Shown here in pieces: positions 1 to 11,570 of a stretch of 64,000 bases of DNA (position 1 is its first letter; the number at the start of each line of letters is the position of its first letter). Made by a program: the position numbers and the translations under genes. The stretch lies in assembly GCA_028023455.1 (NCBI GenBank), contig JAQFVV010000003.1, forward strand, positions 13,082,001-13,146,000, written 5' to 3'. The notes under the pieces are model-generated. The model was not told the origin of the DNA. It made no database searches and saw nothing but the letters and a program-made list of their open reading frames with translations. Origin of the DNA: Epiperipatus broadwayi (taxonomy: Eukaryota; Animalia; Onychophora).

Positions 1-724
1 TATATATGTTAAAGTCTTTGCCTGAAGACTGGTTGCTCTTTCTATTTATTTTTTTAAAAAAAGTGTGATTTAATTACATGTTAGAATTAAAGTTTAAAAA
101 AAAAATCAAAATAAATTGTGATATATAAAATAAATATTTTCAGATTGTTTTCTGGGAACAATCTGAATTTGGACATTTAAAATAGTAAAATTGTTATTTT
201 CTCCAATAAAATTAGGCTTTTGGCTAAATTACAATTAAAAATTCATTTCTGTTTATTTGCATTTAGAAATTTTATTAAATATATTTGTAAATGTTATTAA
301 TATTATAAATCTAAGATTACCAAACTCTTTTAATTAATTATAGAAAAGTTAAAATAGAACTATGTTATTGAAAATTTAATTTTCTCATTATCTGTGCTAA
401 ATTCAATTAAAACAATGTTTTAATTTAATACTTTTTAAGCAATAAATTATATTTACATTATTATATAATATACTTATTTAATGTATTTTTTAATAAATTA
501 TTTTTCTCTCTCTGCCCTCCATTTTCTTTTACCTTACTTCAGATGCTTATATTTGTACCGAACTTGGTCATAATGAGTCTCTCATGACACTGATCATCAC
601 TGCATTAATTGTGACAATGAGATTATATGTTTGTGTAATCAATTTCATGCACAGCATTTCAATATTTAATTGGAAGTAGATTTAAGAAGACAGTCTTTAA
701 TAAATGTATATATATATTTTACAG

Positions 725-789
725 ATAGAAAAGATCATCGTAATGGTATAAAAAGACCAAAGAAGTATCTCAAACCATCAATGAAAGGA
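725..789 (+). CDS. RpL29: 60S ribosomal protein eL29 (RpL29), internal coding exon; the ATG-containing exon lies upstream of the window
   Basis: Acceptor ttttacag (ends 724) and donor GTAATT at 790. Phase-1 start, 65 nt, translating (N)RKDHRNGIKRPKKYLKPSMKG, which matches the eL29 signature RK.HRNGIK.P....SLKG. Confidence 0.93.
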
Positions 790-1343
790 GTAATTGTTTT
801 TTGTGTTTTTTTTTTTGTAATTTTTAAGATTGAATTTATGAAGAGTTAATTTGATTTATGCTCTAATATTGCTTTTTGCTTTCTATACTATCTTTTCTAT
901 TTGGAGAATTTTTAATGGGTTATGTTATATTAAGGATTAAATTCATTATTTAAAAGTTGTATAACACATTTAAATGCAATTAATTCAAAAATGTATAAAT
1001 AGTTATGAATAAATGAAGTAATTTTTGAATAATTTTAATTTCAAAGTAATAGCATTTATTAATATATTTTATATTTGTTATTATTCAAAGTAATTGGGGG
1101 GGGGGGTCTATTCAAAAAATATTGAGTGCTAAAAATAATTATCTCTCATCCCATCTTTTTTAGTCTAGTTGTTGATTTTTTATTTTTTAAGATTTAATTA
1201 TTATTAGATTAGAATTTAGAGGTTTTTTTCTATTACTTCATGTAATAATTTAAATTATTCATTCTTAAATATATATTTTAAACACAATAGTAAGTAAAAA
1301 TTAATCTGTACTTCAAAATTTTTAATCAAAATATTTTTTATAG

Positions 1344-1478
1344 GTTTGTCCCAAATTTTTAAGAGATTTAAGGAAATCTCGGAAGAACAATAAAAAGAAA
1401 ATTAAATGGTATCAGAGAGAAGATTTTCTAAAACAGCAAGCTTTGAAAGCTGAAGCAAAAATGGACACAACTCCTTGA
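1344..1478 (+). CDS. RpL29: 60S ribosomal protein eL29 (RpL29), last coding exon
   Basis: Acceptor ttttttatag (ends 1343), in frame with the previous exon. Translates VCPKFLRDLRKSRKNNKKKIKWYQREDFLKQQALKAEAKMDTTP*, matching eL29 V.PKFLR..R...K.NKK. Stop TGA at 1476-1478. Confidence 0.92.
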   Translation, partial: VCPKFLRDLRKSRKNNKKKIKWYQREDFLKQQALKAEAKMDTTP

Positions 1479-1481
1479 TTA

Positions 1482-1487
1482 AATAAA
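1482..1487 (+). promoter_or_regulatory. candidate polyadenylation signal of RpL29
   Basis: AATAAA 3 nt after the stop codon. Other AATAAA hexamers occur further downstream, so the one actually used is uncertain. Confidence 0.4.
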
Positions 1488-2315
1488 ACAGTATATTATA
1501 ATAGTTTCTGGTCTCATTATTATTATAAACTGTAAGTAATATTTATATATATATATATTTATAGAAAATCTGAAAGAAAATTGTACAAAGTGTACTATTA
1601 GAAAAATACATCAAACATTAAAAAATAAATATTGCTATTATTAGATTGTTAAAAATAAAGATAATCACTGCATTCTTATTGCAACATCTTTTTCTTGTTT
1701 ATTATTTTTAAAAAATTGAAAAATGTATTACATATGACTTTACTATTTTTAAATAAAAATTAGAAAAATAATCAAGGCAATTTTAACCCATTGAAAGCTT
1801 TTGGCTTTCAAATTTATTATTTGATTTTGTTAAATTTTAAAAAGGAAGATAATTCCCAGTAATAAAATAAAATACTTAAATCTAAATTTTGTTTTTCGAG
1901 TTTTCATGGGAAATTCTTTTCATTCCAGAATCATCTATTTCTAGATGATACTGCTGTTCCTGAAAACATATATACTTTTACCATGAATAATTGCAAATGG
2001 TTCTCCAAAACTCTGAATAAATCAAAAATCTCATATAAAAAACAAAACAACTTTTATAATGATTTTCTATAGATTCAAAATATAATATAAATTTTGAATA
2101 TTCTGCTTTTAAAAAAATAGTTTAAAATTGAATAAAAATGAATAAATATTTTACTTTTAACGTTATAAATCAAAAATATTAATTGTGTGTAAACATTATA
2201 TATATATAATCTGTTTAAAGTAAAATATTAGGGAAATATAAATTAGAAATCTTTAAAAGATTTATTTTACTATAAGAGAAATTGGGGATGGGGTTTATAA
2301 TTGGAAAAAAATATA

Positions 2316-3275
2316 CACCTGGGTCTCGTTTTACGCGATAGATAGGTTCCTCAGAAAATGCGCGCAAACGAAATCGCGCAAAAATAGACATAACTTACAT
2401 TGAAAAGGTGGGGATGCGGTCTGTGATTTTTCAAAATTCGCGTAAAAGCAAAGCACCAACGTAAAATTGCTTTAAAATTCGCGCAAAAAAAAAATAAGGA
2501 AATATGACTAATAAAAAATTTCAAATTTGAAAAAAATTGATACAAGACATACTTTTTTTAACTATAATATTTAATTTTATTCAAAATAATATATTTTTAT
2601 GCATAATTTACAGTACAGTAATTTACATTTTTTTATACACATTTTAATTATTATCGATAAACAGGTTCGTTTGCAAACTGGTAAAAAAATCAGATTCTTC
2701 TCAAGAGGAAATACAACTAGCACCAACTTCACTCTCATGTTGTGTTAATTATTTTCTGGTGACAATGTAATTAGTAATTAATCTTTGAGACGATGATTTT
2801 ATTAATTGTTTATGAAGCTCGCGAAATCCAGACATACAACCATTTAGCTCTCGTTGGAATTTAAGAGCACGTTAATGATTAGTGTCATTAATAAGAAAAT
2901 AATAATTGATTATGTTCTTTTTTAAAAAGCAAATACAGAATGTGATTTAAAATGCAAAATTAACACTCACAATGTTTGAACAAATTTACATTATAATCTT
3001 GTAAAATTTAATGTGTGTATACATAAAATGTGGAAATCATGATTTTAATTTCATTATTGCACAAAATCTTACTACTATAAAGCACTGAAAATATTGAAAT
3101 TACTAAGATGAAAGTCGAATTCCAATACTGTGCTATTACTTTCAATATAACGTAAGTGCGCGAAATTTATTATCTAAAGTAATAGCGCATTTTCGGAGGT
3201 CGACTTCCGGTGAAACATGAATCACGTAACTTCAAAATCATGTTAAATAAGTCCGCGTAAAAAGAGACCCAGGTG
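2316..3275. mobile_element. non-autonomous Tc1/mariner-superfamily (pogo/Tigger-like) DNA transposon, 960 bp
   Basis: About 22 bp TIRs CACCTGGGTCTC(G/T)TTTTACGCG at both ends, flanked by TA (2314-2315 and 3276-3277). The element is absent from the paralogous site near 7550. No transposase ORF. Confidence 0.85.
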
Positions 3276-4794
3276 TATATATTTTTTTAGAAAGCAAAAG
3301 TTTGCAGTATCTGCTGTAGTATTGAAAAGGCCAGAAATAATAGAAATCTGCATAATTAGGTGATAAGGTGTCATCATTATATAAAGATAGCTATAAAATG
3401 TTTTTTTTTTTAAAACTTTGTCAACAAAATTCTTACTGCCACATAGTGACTTAATTTAATTCTGCTTATATATTTGATTTGGGGATTAAAATATGGTAGA
3501 CTTAAGAAAAAAAACCATATGATCATTAGACTTATTAAATTGACTTAATAAGAAAAATGTAAATTGTTCCATTGTGTGATTTAGCAATGGAATTTAGCTT
3601 AAAGTTCTTAGATCAAAGATCAACCTATCATTTTTGGTGCTCAAATGTAACATGATCTTTCAAGCAATTAAACAAATGTTATAAGAGAAAAATCATATAT
3701 AGTAAAGGCATTTTGTTAATAAAACTGCAATGTGGAATAGGAGTAGTTAACAGTCAACAATATATTAAAAGAAGTATTTATTATTTATATAATTTGCTCA
3801 AGAAATGCATTCTAATTGTTGAACAATCTATACAGTATTAAATCAGAATTTTATTAAAAAATAGCACTATATAATGATAATTACAAATAAAAGAAATTAC
3901 TACTAGAAGAGTTTAATACTTAAAGATCAAGTTTAAAATATGAAAGTTATACAGATTCAGGGCCAATCAAAAATGTAATCAAGTAGGGAAATTTGTGAGT
4001 TGATACAATTAATTTATAGAACTCCAGAACAGACTAATAAAATGTGTTGAAGTAAATATCAGAGTATTGAAAGCAAATTGTCTTGATTTTTTCATTTTTT
4101 GAAAATAAATATTTTATAAAAATAATGCAAATTTTCTTTTACAATAGAACTTAAAAAATTTGTAATTTAATCAGGTTTTATGAATTAAATTAATTACAAA
4201 TTTTTTCTTAGCTTTGGTAATATGATGTAAATGGCATTGGAATCTGAAGTTTCGGTACATATGCCCAGAGATCCTGCAAATCTAATTAAACATTTTCATC
4301 TTTTGAAAGAATATTATAAAGTACACAGAAAAACATTATTTTTACTCCTGCCTCCTTTTTTATTATTTCTTTTCAATTTACAATCACCAGTGTTAATATA
4401 TTTTTTATTTTAATAAAAGCTGTTTCATTAATTTGAATATTTTCTCATATTTCCCATTCTTGGCATAAAAATCTACGTCACTTCCTTTAATTTTTGTGCT
4501 GCATTCGCTTCTCATACAATTTTTTTTCTGAATGTCTTAATATTTATACTCCAAAAATGTTTGATTCTTTTTCGCATCTCATCACTTATTTTTGACATGT
4601 AATATTTGTTCTGTATATAAAAGTGCTAATTATTTAATCTTTCTCTTATTTGTTTTACTTCAAATATAGTTTTTCACAATTTTTTATGGTGAAGAAAATT
4701 TCTTGTTGCTTTTTAAAATAGTGTCAAATTTTTTTAATAATTTCAACATTTAGAAACAGTTATTTATATTCAATTATAAAGAGAAGGAATTATT

Positions 4795-5570
4795 AAAACA
4801 GGCAAAACTCTCCATACAGTAGTGCTACTCAGTGCAAGCTAGAGTAATCAATGAATGCCAGAAGCTTGTGCATCCCTATCTAGTGCCTACTCATCCAATA
4901 TCCCCAGTCTAGTTTCTGGCTTGTGGCCTTTGTCAGTGAGGAGCCTTGGATAATGAGAGCACTACACCTAGATTTTAGGATCCAATGCAACCCTCCAGCA
5001 GCCACCTTTTATCTCTACTGAACTACAAAACTATGAGGGAAGCCTGGTGTCCATTGATTACTCTGGCTTGCACTGAGTGGCACTACTGTATGGAGAGTTT
5101 TTCCTTGTTGTAATAACAGTTATGAGCAAGCATAAGAAATCTGGTCATGTAATGTTTGATGGTTTAATACCAATCCTGCCTAGTAGGATAGTGGTGGCTA
5201 TGGTTATTAAAGAACTAAGACATAAAAATGTATGGGTTACTGAACTGAATTTAGACCTATATGACTTTATAAGCTGATGTGCTTAGATTGAAAATATTGT
5301 GTTTTCCAATTTTATTCTCATAGTTTTGTAGTTCAGTAGAGATAAAAGGTGGTTGCATTGGATTCTAAGATCTAGGTGCAGTGCTCTCAGATCCAAGGCT
5401 CCTCACTGACTAAGGCTAGAAACTAGTCTGGGGATATTGGATGAGTAGGCACTAGATAGGGATTTTATGCACAAGCCTTCTGGCATCCATTGATTACTCT
5501 GAGTAGCGCTACTGTATGTAGAGTTTTGTCTCTTTTAATAATGAGCAAGCATAAGAAATGGTGATCATGT
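4795..5570 (+). mobile_element. non-coding 'family Y' retro-element: inverted arm plus ~1.2 tandem copies of a ~435 nt monomer
   Basis: 14 bp TSD GAGAAGGAATTATT (4781-4794 and 5571-5584), with a single-copy empty site near 10643-10656. 4795-5030 is the reverse complement of 5317-5530. The segment tccattgattactct...gatcatgt occurs twice (about 5051 and 5486). Confidence 0.85.
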
Positions 5571-7289
5571 GAGAAGGAATTATTCTAATTCATAATATCT
5601 ATATCATTCTTGTCAGGTTTTTTATCGTGAATTAGGCAAACTTAAAGGGTTTTGAAATTTTCTATATTATTTTATTTCATTAGCAGTTCTGTTAATACAT
5701 TCCCACAAATAACATTAAATGAATTATAAGTGAAAATTTTTTTTGAAAAAAAGAATGGATTATCATATTTTTTATCAAAAAAGCTTTTCAGTGGCCTACA
5801 TATTTCTCCTATTCCTCAAAAGTTGCTTCTTTTTCTGCATTAGAAAATTAATATTTTTTTTAAGGAAATTTTCTAATGATTTTAATTAGTTAATTGCAAT
5901 GTTTTGGTGGAAGCATTCACTCTATTAAATGGTGTTCCTAATTATTGAACCATTTTGTATTCATTTTTCTGCATAAAGGGCAGTCTCCACTAAATTTGAA
6001 TTGCAAATATTGGGTAAAGATTTAATATGATTGTAACTAACTAAAAGTCGTTCTTGCATCTCTTTTCATTGATTATTTATTTTCAAATAATATTGCTATA
6101 GTTTTTTTTTATTTCAGTGGAGGTAGAAAAAATATTTTTTGCACCAACATAAAATAGTGCTAAAATTTTATGCTGAGAAATTGCTGACTAAATTTATAGA
6201 ATGATTAGTGTTAGTGACATTTTTAATATACGCTTGTAATCCTAAATATTTTTTTAATATGTTCACAGTAATGTTATTTTTTGTTGTCTTTCTACATATG
6301 ATGATGTACTATCAATATGAATCCCAGAAATCAAATATATCACTGATAATAGATATCTTGTAACTGGCATCTTTGAAATTAATTTTAAAAGATGATCCTC
6401 TTCTCAAGTATTTCAAGCATGCTGGTATGAAGTTTTCTTTTCTGTTTGATTAAAATTTTACCTTCATTGTGACGTAATGTTAACCTAATTGACATTTTTT
6501 AAAATATATTTTCCTATTGCAAGTCTTGTTCTCTCTGCTACAGTAAATTAGTATCCTATAATATTGAAATTCTTTTATAAAAAGTTCACAGATGATGTTT
6601 CTTTTAGCAATATACACTTTGCTTGCTTCTGAAAATTCAAGCCAATTTCTGTTTTTTTAATTTTGTTTTTATGTGGTAAAAATGATCTAATGGCAAGCCT
6701 CTTCAATATATTTGTTTCCTACTATTGAACAATAACTAATTCTATCTTTGTAATAATCAATCATTGTATTAGATGAATTGGATCAATTTAATAAATTCTT
6801 TTGAACCCCTGTTTTAAGGTTTTTTAAAATTACAGTGTCTGCAGTGCCTTTTATCTCACTCCACTGTGGGGAAATTCACAACAGGCTTCAACAATTTTCT
6901 GCATTAGCAGTCTACAAAATAATTTAATACAAACTTTGTTTAGCTTTTGGCAATTCGTGTTCTAATATTTTTCTGTTATATTCTTAAATATTGTATCTCA
7001 CTTAATTTTCATTTTGTTAAATTTATCCCAATATCTTTGAGATATTAAAGTTCATTTAAATATTAAAAAATAGATAACCTTGTCATGTATAGTTTTTAGT
7101 GAGAGCTCAATTTCACAAATCACAGTTCAGTTGTCATTTCTGATGCTCAAGGAACAAAGCATTTCATATTCTATATCTTTCTACCTATTCTATATGAAGA
7201 CAATATTAGAAATTTAAATAATCAACAAAAAAAATTACTGATAATTTTTTTTTATAATAATAAATAATTATTTATTGCTCAAGCACCAC

Positions 7290-7362
7290 AAAAGTAACAG
7301 AACTGGAGTTGTGATCCATGGATCCTAAATTTTAGAACTTGACATTTTATCACTGCACCATA
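7290..7362 (-). mobile_element. possible decayed tRNA-derived SINE head
   Basis: The minus strand reads tggtgcagtg...aggatccatggatcacaactccagtt, resembling Pol III A-box and B-box spacing, but it is strongly degenerate. Confidence 0.3.
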
Positions 7363-7644
7363 TTATGAAACTGTATTGCTTAAGAAATATTTACATACAT
7401 GTTTAATTTATACAGTCTAAAAATCAGACTTCAAAAATACACGAGTTGAATTTAATAAAATATTGAGGGAAATGTAAATTAGAAATCTTTATAAGATTTA
7501 TTTTACTGTAAAAGAAATTGGGGGTAGAGGAGCTTGTAATTGGAAGAAATGATATATATTTTTAGTAAAATTTATTAGAAAACAAAAGTTTGTATAGTAA
7601 CTACTGCTTTATTGAAGGTCAGGGATGATATAAATGTGATGTAC

Positions 7645-9420
7645 TGTGATTTCTCCTTAAACAGAGTCGGGAATCTCTCAACAACTATGCCCAAAGAAAC
7701 CTGTTAACCACTTTACCTTCCACTTCCCACTCTAAGCTTTCCCATAATCTGCTCCATCCCATTTTCACAACATAATCTTTGTCAACTCTATGGCCTTTAT
7801 ATCTAAATCCCCCTTATCTTTTCCTAAACCCAGCACTAAAACCAATAACCTACTTTCTGTATAATCGCTTTGTTCATATTTATTCTTCCATAACTTCATT
7901 GTTTGTACCCTTTCTGCTTTCAAGCATTTACATTCAATCAACAAATGCCTAATATTTTCTATGTCTTCCTTATACAATTTGCAGACTAAATCACCCATAT
8001 TTTTCCATTTACGTGTATATTCTCTTATTGTTAAAGATCCTGTTCGAGCCTTAAAAAACAAACTACTTGTCTTGCTATTATAAATTAACTTGTGACCAAT
8101 GTTCCGTTTACTTCTATATATATGTAAACTTTTTACTCTCCATACTAGTTCTCCAACTCCCTATTTTTTATCAATGCATCTTTTATCCCATTCCTTACCA
8201 CTATAACACTCAACAATCTTCCTAACACAATCATCCCACTTTTTATACAAGTATACTGATATAAATTCTTTCTCCAAATCTTTTGCATCTGGCATTATTT
8301 TTCTCACCCATCTTGTTGCCTGCCCTTTACTCGTAACAAATATTTTGGTTATTTTATTATCCATAAACTGCAACCTACCAAACATTTTCATTTTACTTTT
8401 TGAATCGCATAAAAACTTGACCAACCCATTTCTTTTTGAATTGTCTCCTTTAATGCATGTCTTCCTACTTCCCTTTATAGTTTTTCTAAGTAATGAATAC
8501 TGCTTTACTAATGCATCATTACCTTATGTTAACCCTGCTACTGCAACTCCCATACATTTCTAGCTACATCATGTTTATTATATGAAAACAATTTCTTTAT
8601 CAAACCCCTTTTTTTTTTCTTTGCTTCATTTACCATTTTTTTCTCCCATTCATCTAAACAATTTTTCTGTTTACTTAAGATGATTCCCAAATAATTATAT
8701 CTATCCACCACACTTAACTTTATATCCCCCAATAAAAATTCTACATCATCTCTTTCCCCAGTATCAACCATCATTATATTTGATTTTTCTTCACTAAATT
8801 TAATCCCCATCTCTACCCACCATTGCACATGTTCTCAGCATAGCTTCCATATGTTCTTTCTGCACACAAAAAGATATCCGGAAAAAAAAGGACTGGCAAA
8901 GTATATACTTCTTTGCCACCTATTAACAGTATCTCTATCCCTCTTTCTAGTCTTATTGCTTTCTCCATTTCACTCAAATACAACAAAATAGGTGACATAG
9001 GGCATCCTTGCCTTAGTCCCACCCCATTTTTAATTTTAACTGATTCTATATCTTCTAATTGATAAGTACAGTAATTATTTTCATATAATTTCTTAATATT
9101 TTTATTAAAGCTTCATCCATTCCCAAATTTTCTAAACTTACCCATAATCTATTTCTATTTATTCTATCATATGCCTTCTCTATATCTATAAAACTTTTAT
9201 ATAATGATCTACTTGAATTCTTACTCATATCCATAAGTTGTGTAATTACAAATAAACTATCTCCTATACACCTGTCTGACCTAAAACCTTGCATTTCCCC
9301 CACTACATTATTCTATTCATTTTGCAACTCTTCCAGCCACCATATATGAGAAAACATTATGCTATCAGTCTATAATTATTTAACTTTCTATGATCTTTTC
9401 CTTTAAATAATAATCTTACT
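7645..9420 (-). mobile_element. 5'-truncated, frameshifted non-LTR retrotransposon (LINE): RT plus C-terminal zinc-knuckle-like region
   Basis: Minus-strand ORF fragments contain the RT motifs GFRSDRC..DSLF, FIDIEKAYDRINR..LW, GLRQGCPMSP and YNYLGI, plus C-terminal VCKLYKEDIENIRHLLIEC. The element is absent from copy 1 of the duplication. Confidence 0.88.
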
Positions 9421-11439
9421 CTTGTATTACTCCAACTATCTGCAGATATTAATTACAATGCCACCTGGTAATTTTAATACCTGCATAGATGTCGCCACTA
9501 TGTAAAGATAGCTAGAAAATTGCTTTGTTTTTTAAAGCTAATTTGTTAACAAAATTCTTACTGCCACATAGTATCTCTTGATTTATTCTGTTTATATTTT
9601 GGAATCAAAATATGGTAGTCATTAAGAGGAAAACAAAGTCTTATTAAATTGACTTAATAAAATTATAAATTGTTCCAATGTTTGATTTAGAAACGTGCTC
9701 ATCTTGTCATTTTTGGTGCTCAAATATCATGTTCAAGCAATTAAACAATTATTTTTTATATTGCATTTTTTCATCTTAAATTTATTATTACAACATAGAT
9801 AACAAATATATATTACAAGAGAAAAATCAAATAGTAAAGATATTTTATTAATAAAACTATAGTAGTAGTAGTTAACGGTCAATAATACATTGGAACAATA
9901 TTCATTACTTATATAGCTTGTTCGAAGAAACTCATTTTAATTGTTGAATAATCCATGTGGTATTAAATTAAAAATTTATAATAATAATAAAAATTGCACT
10001 ATATAATGATAACTATAAATGAAAGAAAAATTCACTATTAGAAGAGTTTAATTCTGAAGGAGCAAGGTTAAATTTATGAAAGTTCTTGCATCGTTTCATG
10101 GCCAACTAAAAATGTAATCAAGTTAGGAAATATGTGACTTGATGCAATAAATTTGTAGAACTCCAGAACAGATTAATGAAATAAATATCTAATTTATAGT
10201 TTTGAAAGTAGATTGTTTTTTTTTGATTTTCCCTTTATTGAAGATGTTAAGCAAATATTTAATAAAAAGGATGGAAATTGCCTTCTACAATAGAACTTAA
10301 AAAATTAATGCTTTAATCAGATTTTATGAATGAATTATAAATATTTTTTTTTTAGCTGTGGTTATATGATGTAAATGGCATTGGTTTTGGAAGTTTCTAT
10401 GCTTAATGTGAATGTTTTTTAACATTTAGTTTAATTCTCCCATCTCATCAGTTATTTTTGATATATTCTGTACGTAAAAGTGCTAATTATTTAACCTTTC
10501 TCTGATTTATTGTACTTTAATAGTTTTTCACAATTTTCTGTATTGGAAAAAAAATCCCATTGCTTTTTGAAATACTGTCAAAAATTTTAAATAATTTCCA
10601 CATTTAGAAACTATTATATTTGATTTTATCTTCATTTATAAAGAGAAGGAATTATTTCAATTCATCATTAAAATTCATAATATCTGTATTATTTTTGTCT
10701 TAGTTAGATAAACTTAAAGAATGCTTATTATTTTATTCCAACAAATTATTTTACAACAAATAGCATTAAATGAATTACAAATGAAAATTTCTTCGTGAAA
10801 AAAATGAATTTTTGTATTATTTTTTATCAAAAAAACATTTCCTATATATTTCATTCTGTTCTTCAAAAATTGCTTCTTTTTCTACATTAAAGAATTCATC
10901 ACATTTTAAAAAGGAAACATTATAATGATTTTAATTAACCAAATCCTTTTAATTAGTGAACATTTAGTTGATTGTAGGGTTTTGGTGGAAGCATCTACTT
11001 TTTGTTAAATGTTCAAAATTATTGAATCATTTCGTATTCATTTTTCTGAATAAAGGGGGAGCTTTCATTAAATTTGAATTGCAAATATTGGGTAAGGATT
11101 TTTTTAATATAATTGTAACTAATTTTTAAGTCAATATTGCATCTTCTTTCACCAATTATTTTCAAGTAATATTTTAATAGTTTTTTTTATCAATGGATGC
11201 AGAAAAAATAATTTTTGCACAGATAAAATAGTAATAGGCTAAAATTTTCTGCAGAGAAATTGCTGACTAAATTTATAAAGTAATTAATGTTAATGACATT
11301 TTTAATGTATGCTTGTAATTCTGAATATTTTTTAAAGTTAATAATTGTCTTTATAGAGGACTTGAACACAGATTTTCTAGCTCTCTTCAGTGATCCGCTC
11401 TATCTCATACAACCGACAGACATGTGAAAAAAGATAAAT

Positions 11440-11494
11440 GGTCTCCAATATACATATTTCATACTGAACCAGAACTCATCACTTGGTCCAGATC
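11440..11494 (-). ncRNA. type I minimal hammerhead ribozyme, core mutated (C3 to G)
   Basis: Minus strand: gatct-gga-ccaa gTGATGA gttctg-gtt-cagtat GAAA tatgta TA ttgg-agacc. Confidence 0.6.
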
Positions 11495-11570
11495 ATCTGC
11501 ACATATATGTAATCAGTGCTCAGTTTATATTAAGCTAGCAAAACTTTAATGAATAGGTTTCAATCTACTC

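Larger units (their letters stand above)
2220..6865 (+). repeat. copy 1 of an old tandem segmental duplication (~4.5 kb core)
   Basis: Collinear similarity to 7455-15030 once insertions are removed: 2221-2315 plus 3276-3340 vs 7455-7625; 3350-4790 vs 9480-10650; 5585-6290 vs 10650-11350; 6290-6860 vs 14385-15030. Confidence 0.85.

Noticed and set aside
543-590. ATG right after a strong acceptor, as a possible first coding exon of RpL29
   Set aside because: It translates MLIFVPNLVIMSLS*, not MAKSKNHT.., and offers no phase-1 GT donor to join the exon at 725.
2351-2545. 64 aa ORF in the ORF track
   Set aside because: It lies in the subterminal repeats of a non-autonomous MITE and has no transposase motifs.
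5100-5300. Possible hammerhead in family Y (cagttatgagcaagcataagaaa; agCTGATGtgcttagattGAAA)
   Set aside because: Neither has a full CUGANGA together with paired stems I and II in the right geometry, and the first is not conserved as a core across the four Y copies.
11360-11397. Second hammerhead-like string in X1 (minus strand CTGAAGA gagcta GAAA atc; also 57577-57600)
   Set aside because: Only about 6 nt lie between the boxes, with no loop for stem II and no stem I complement. It could work only in an unprecedented all-intermolecular fold.
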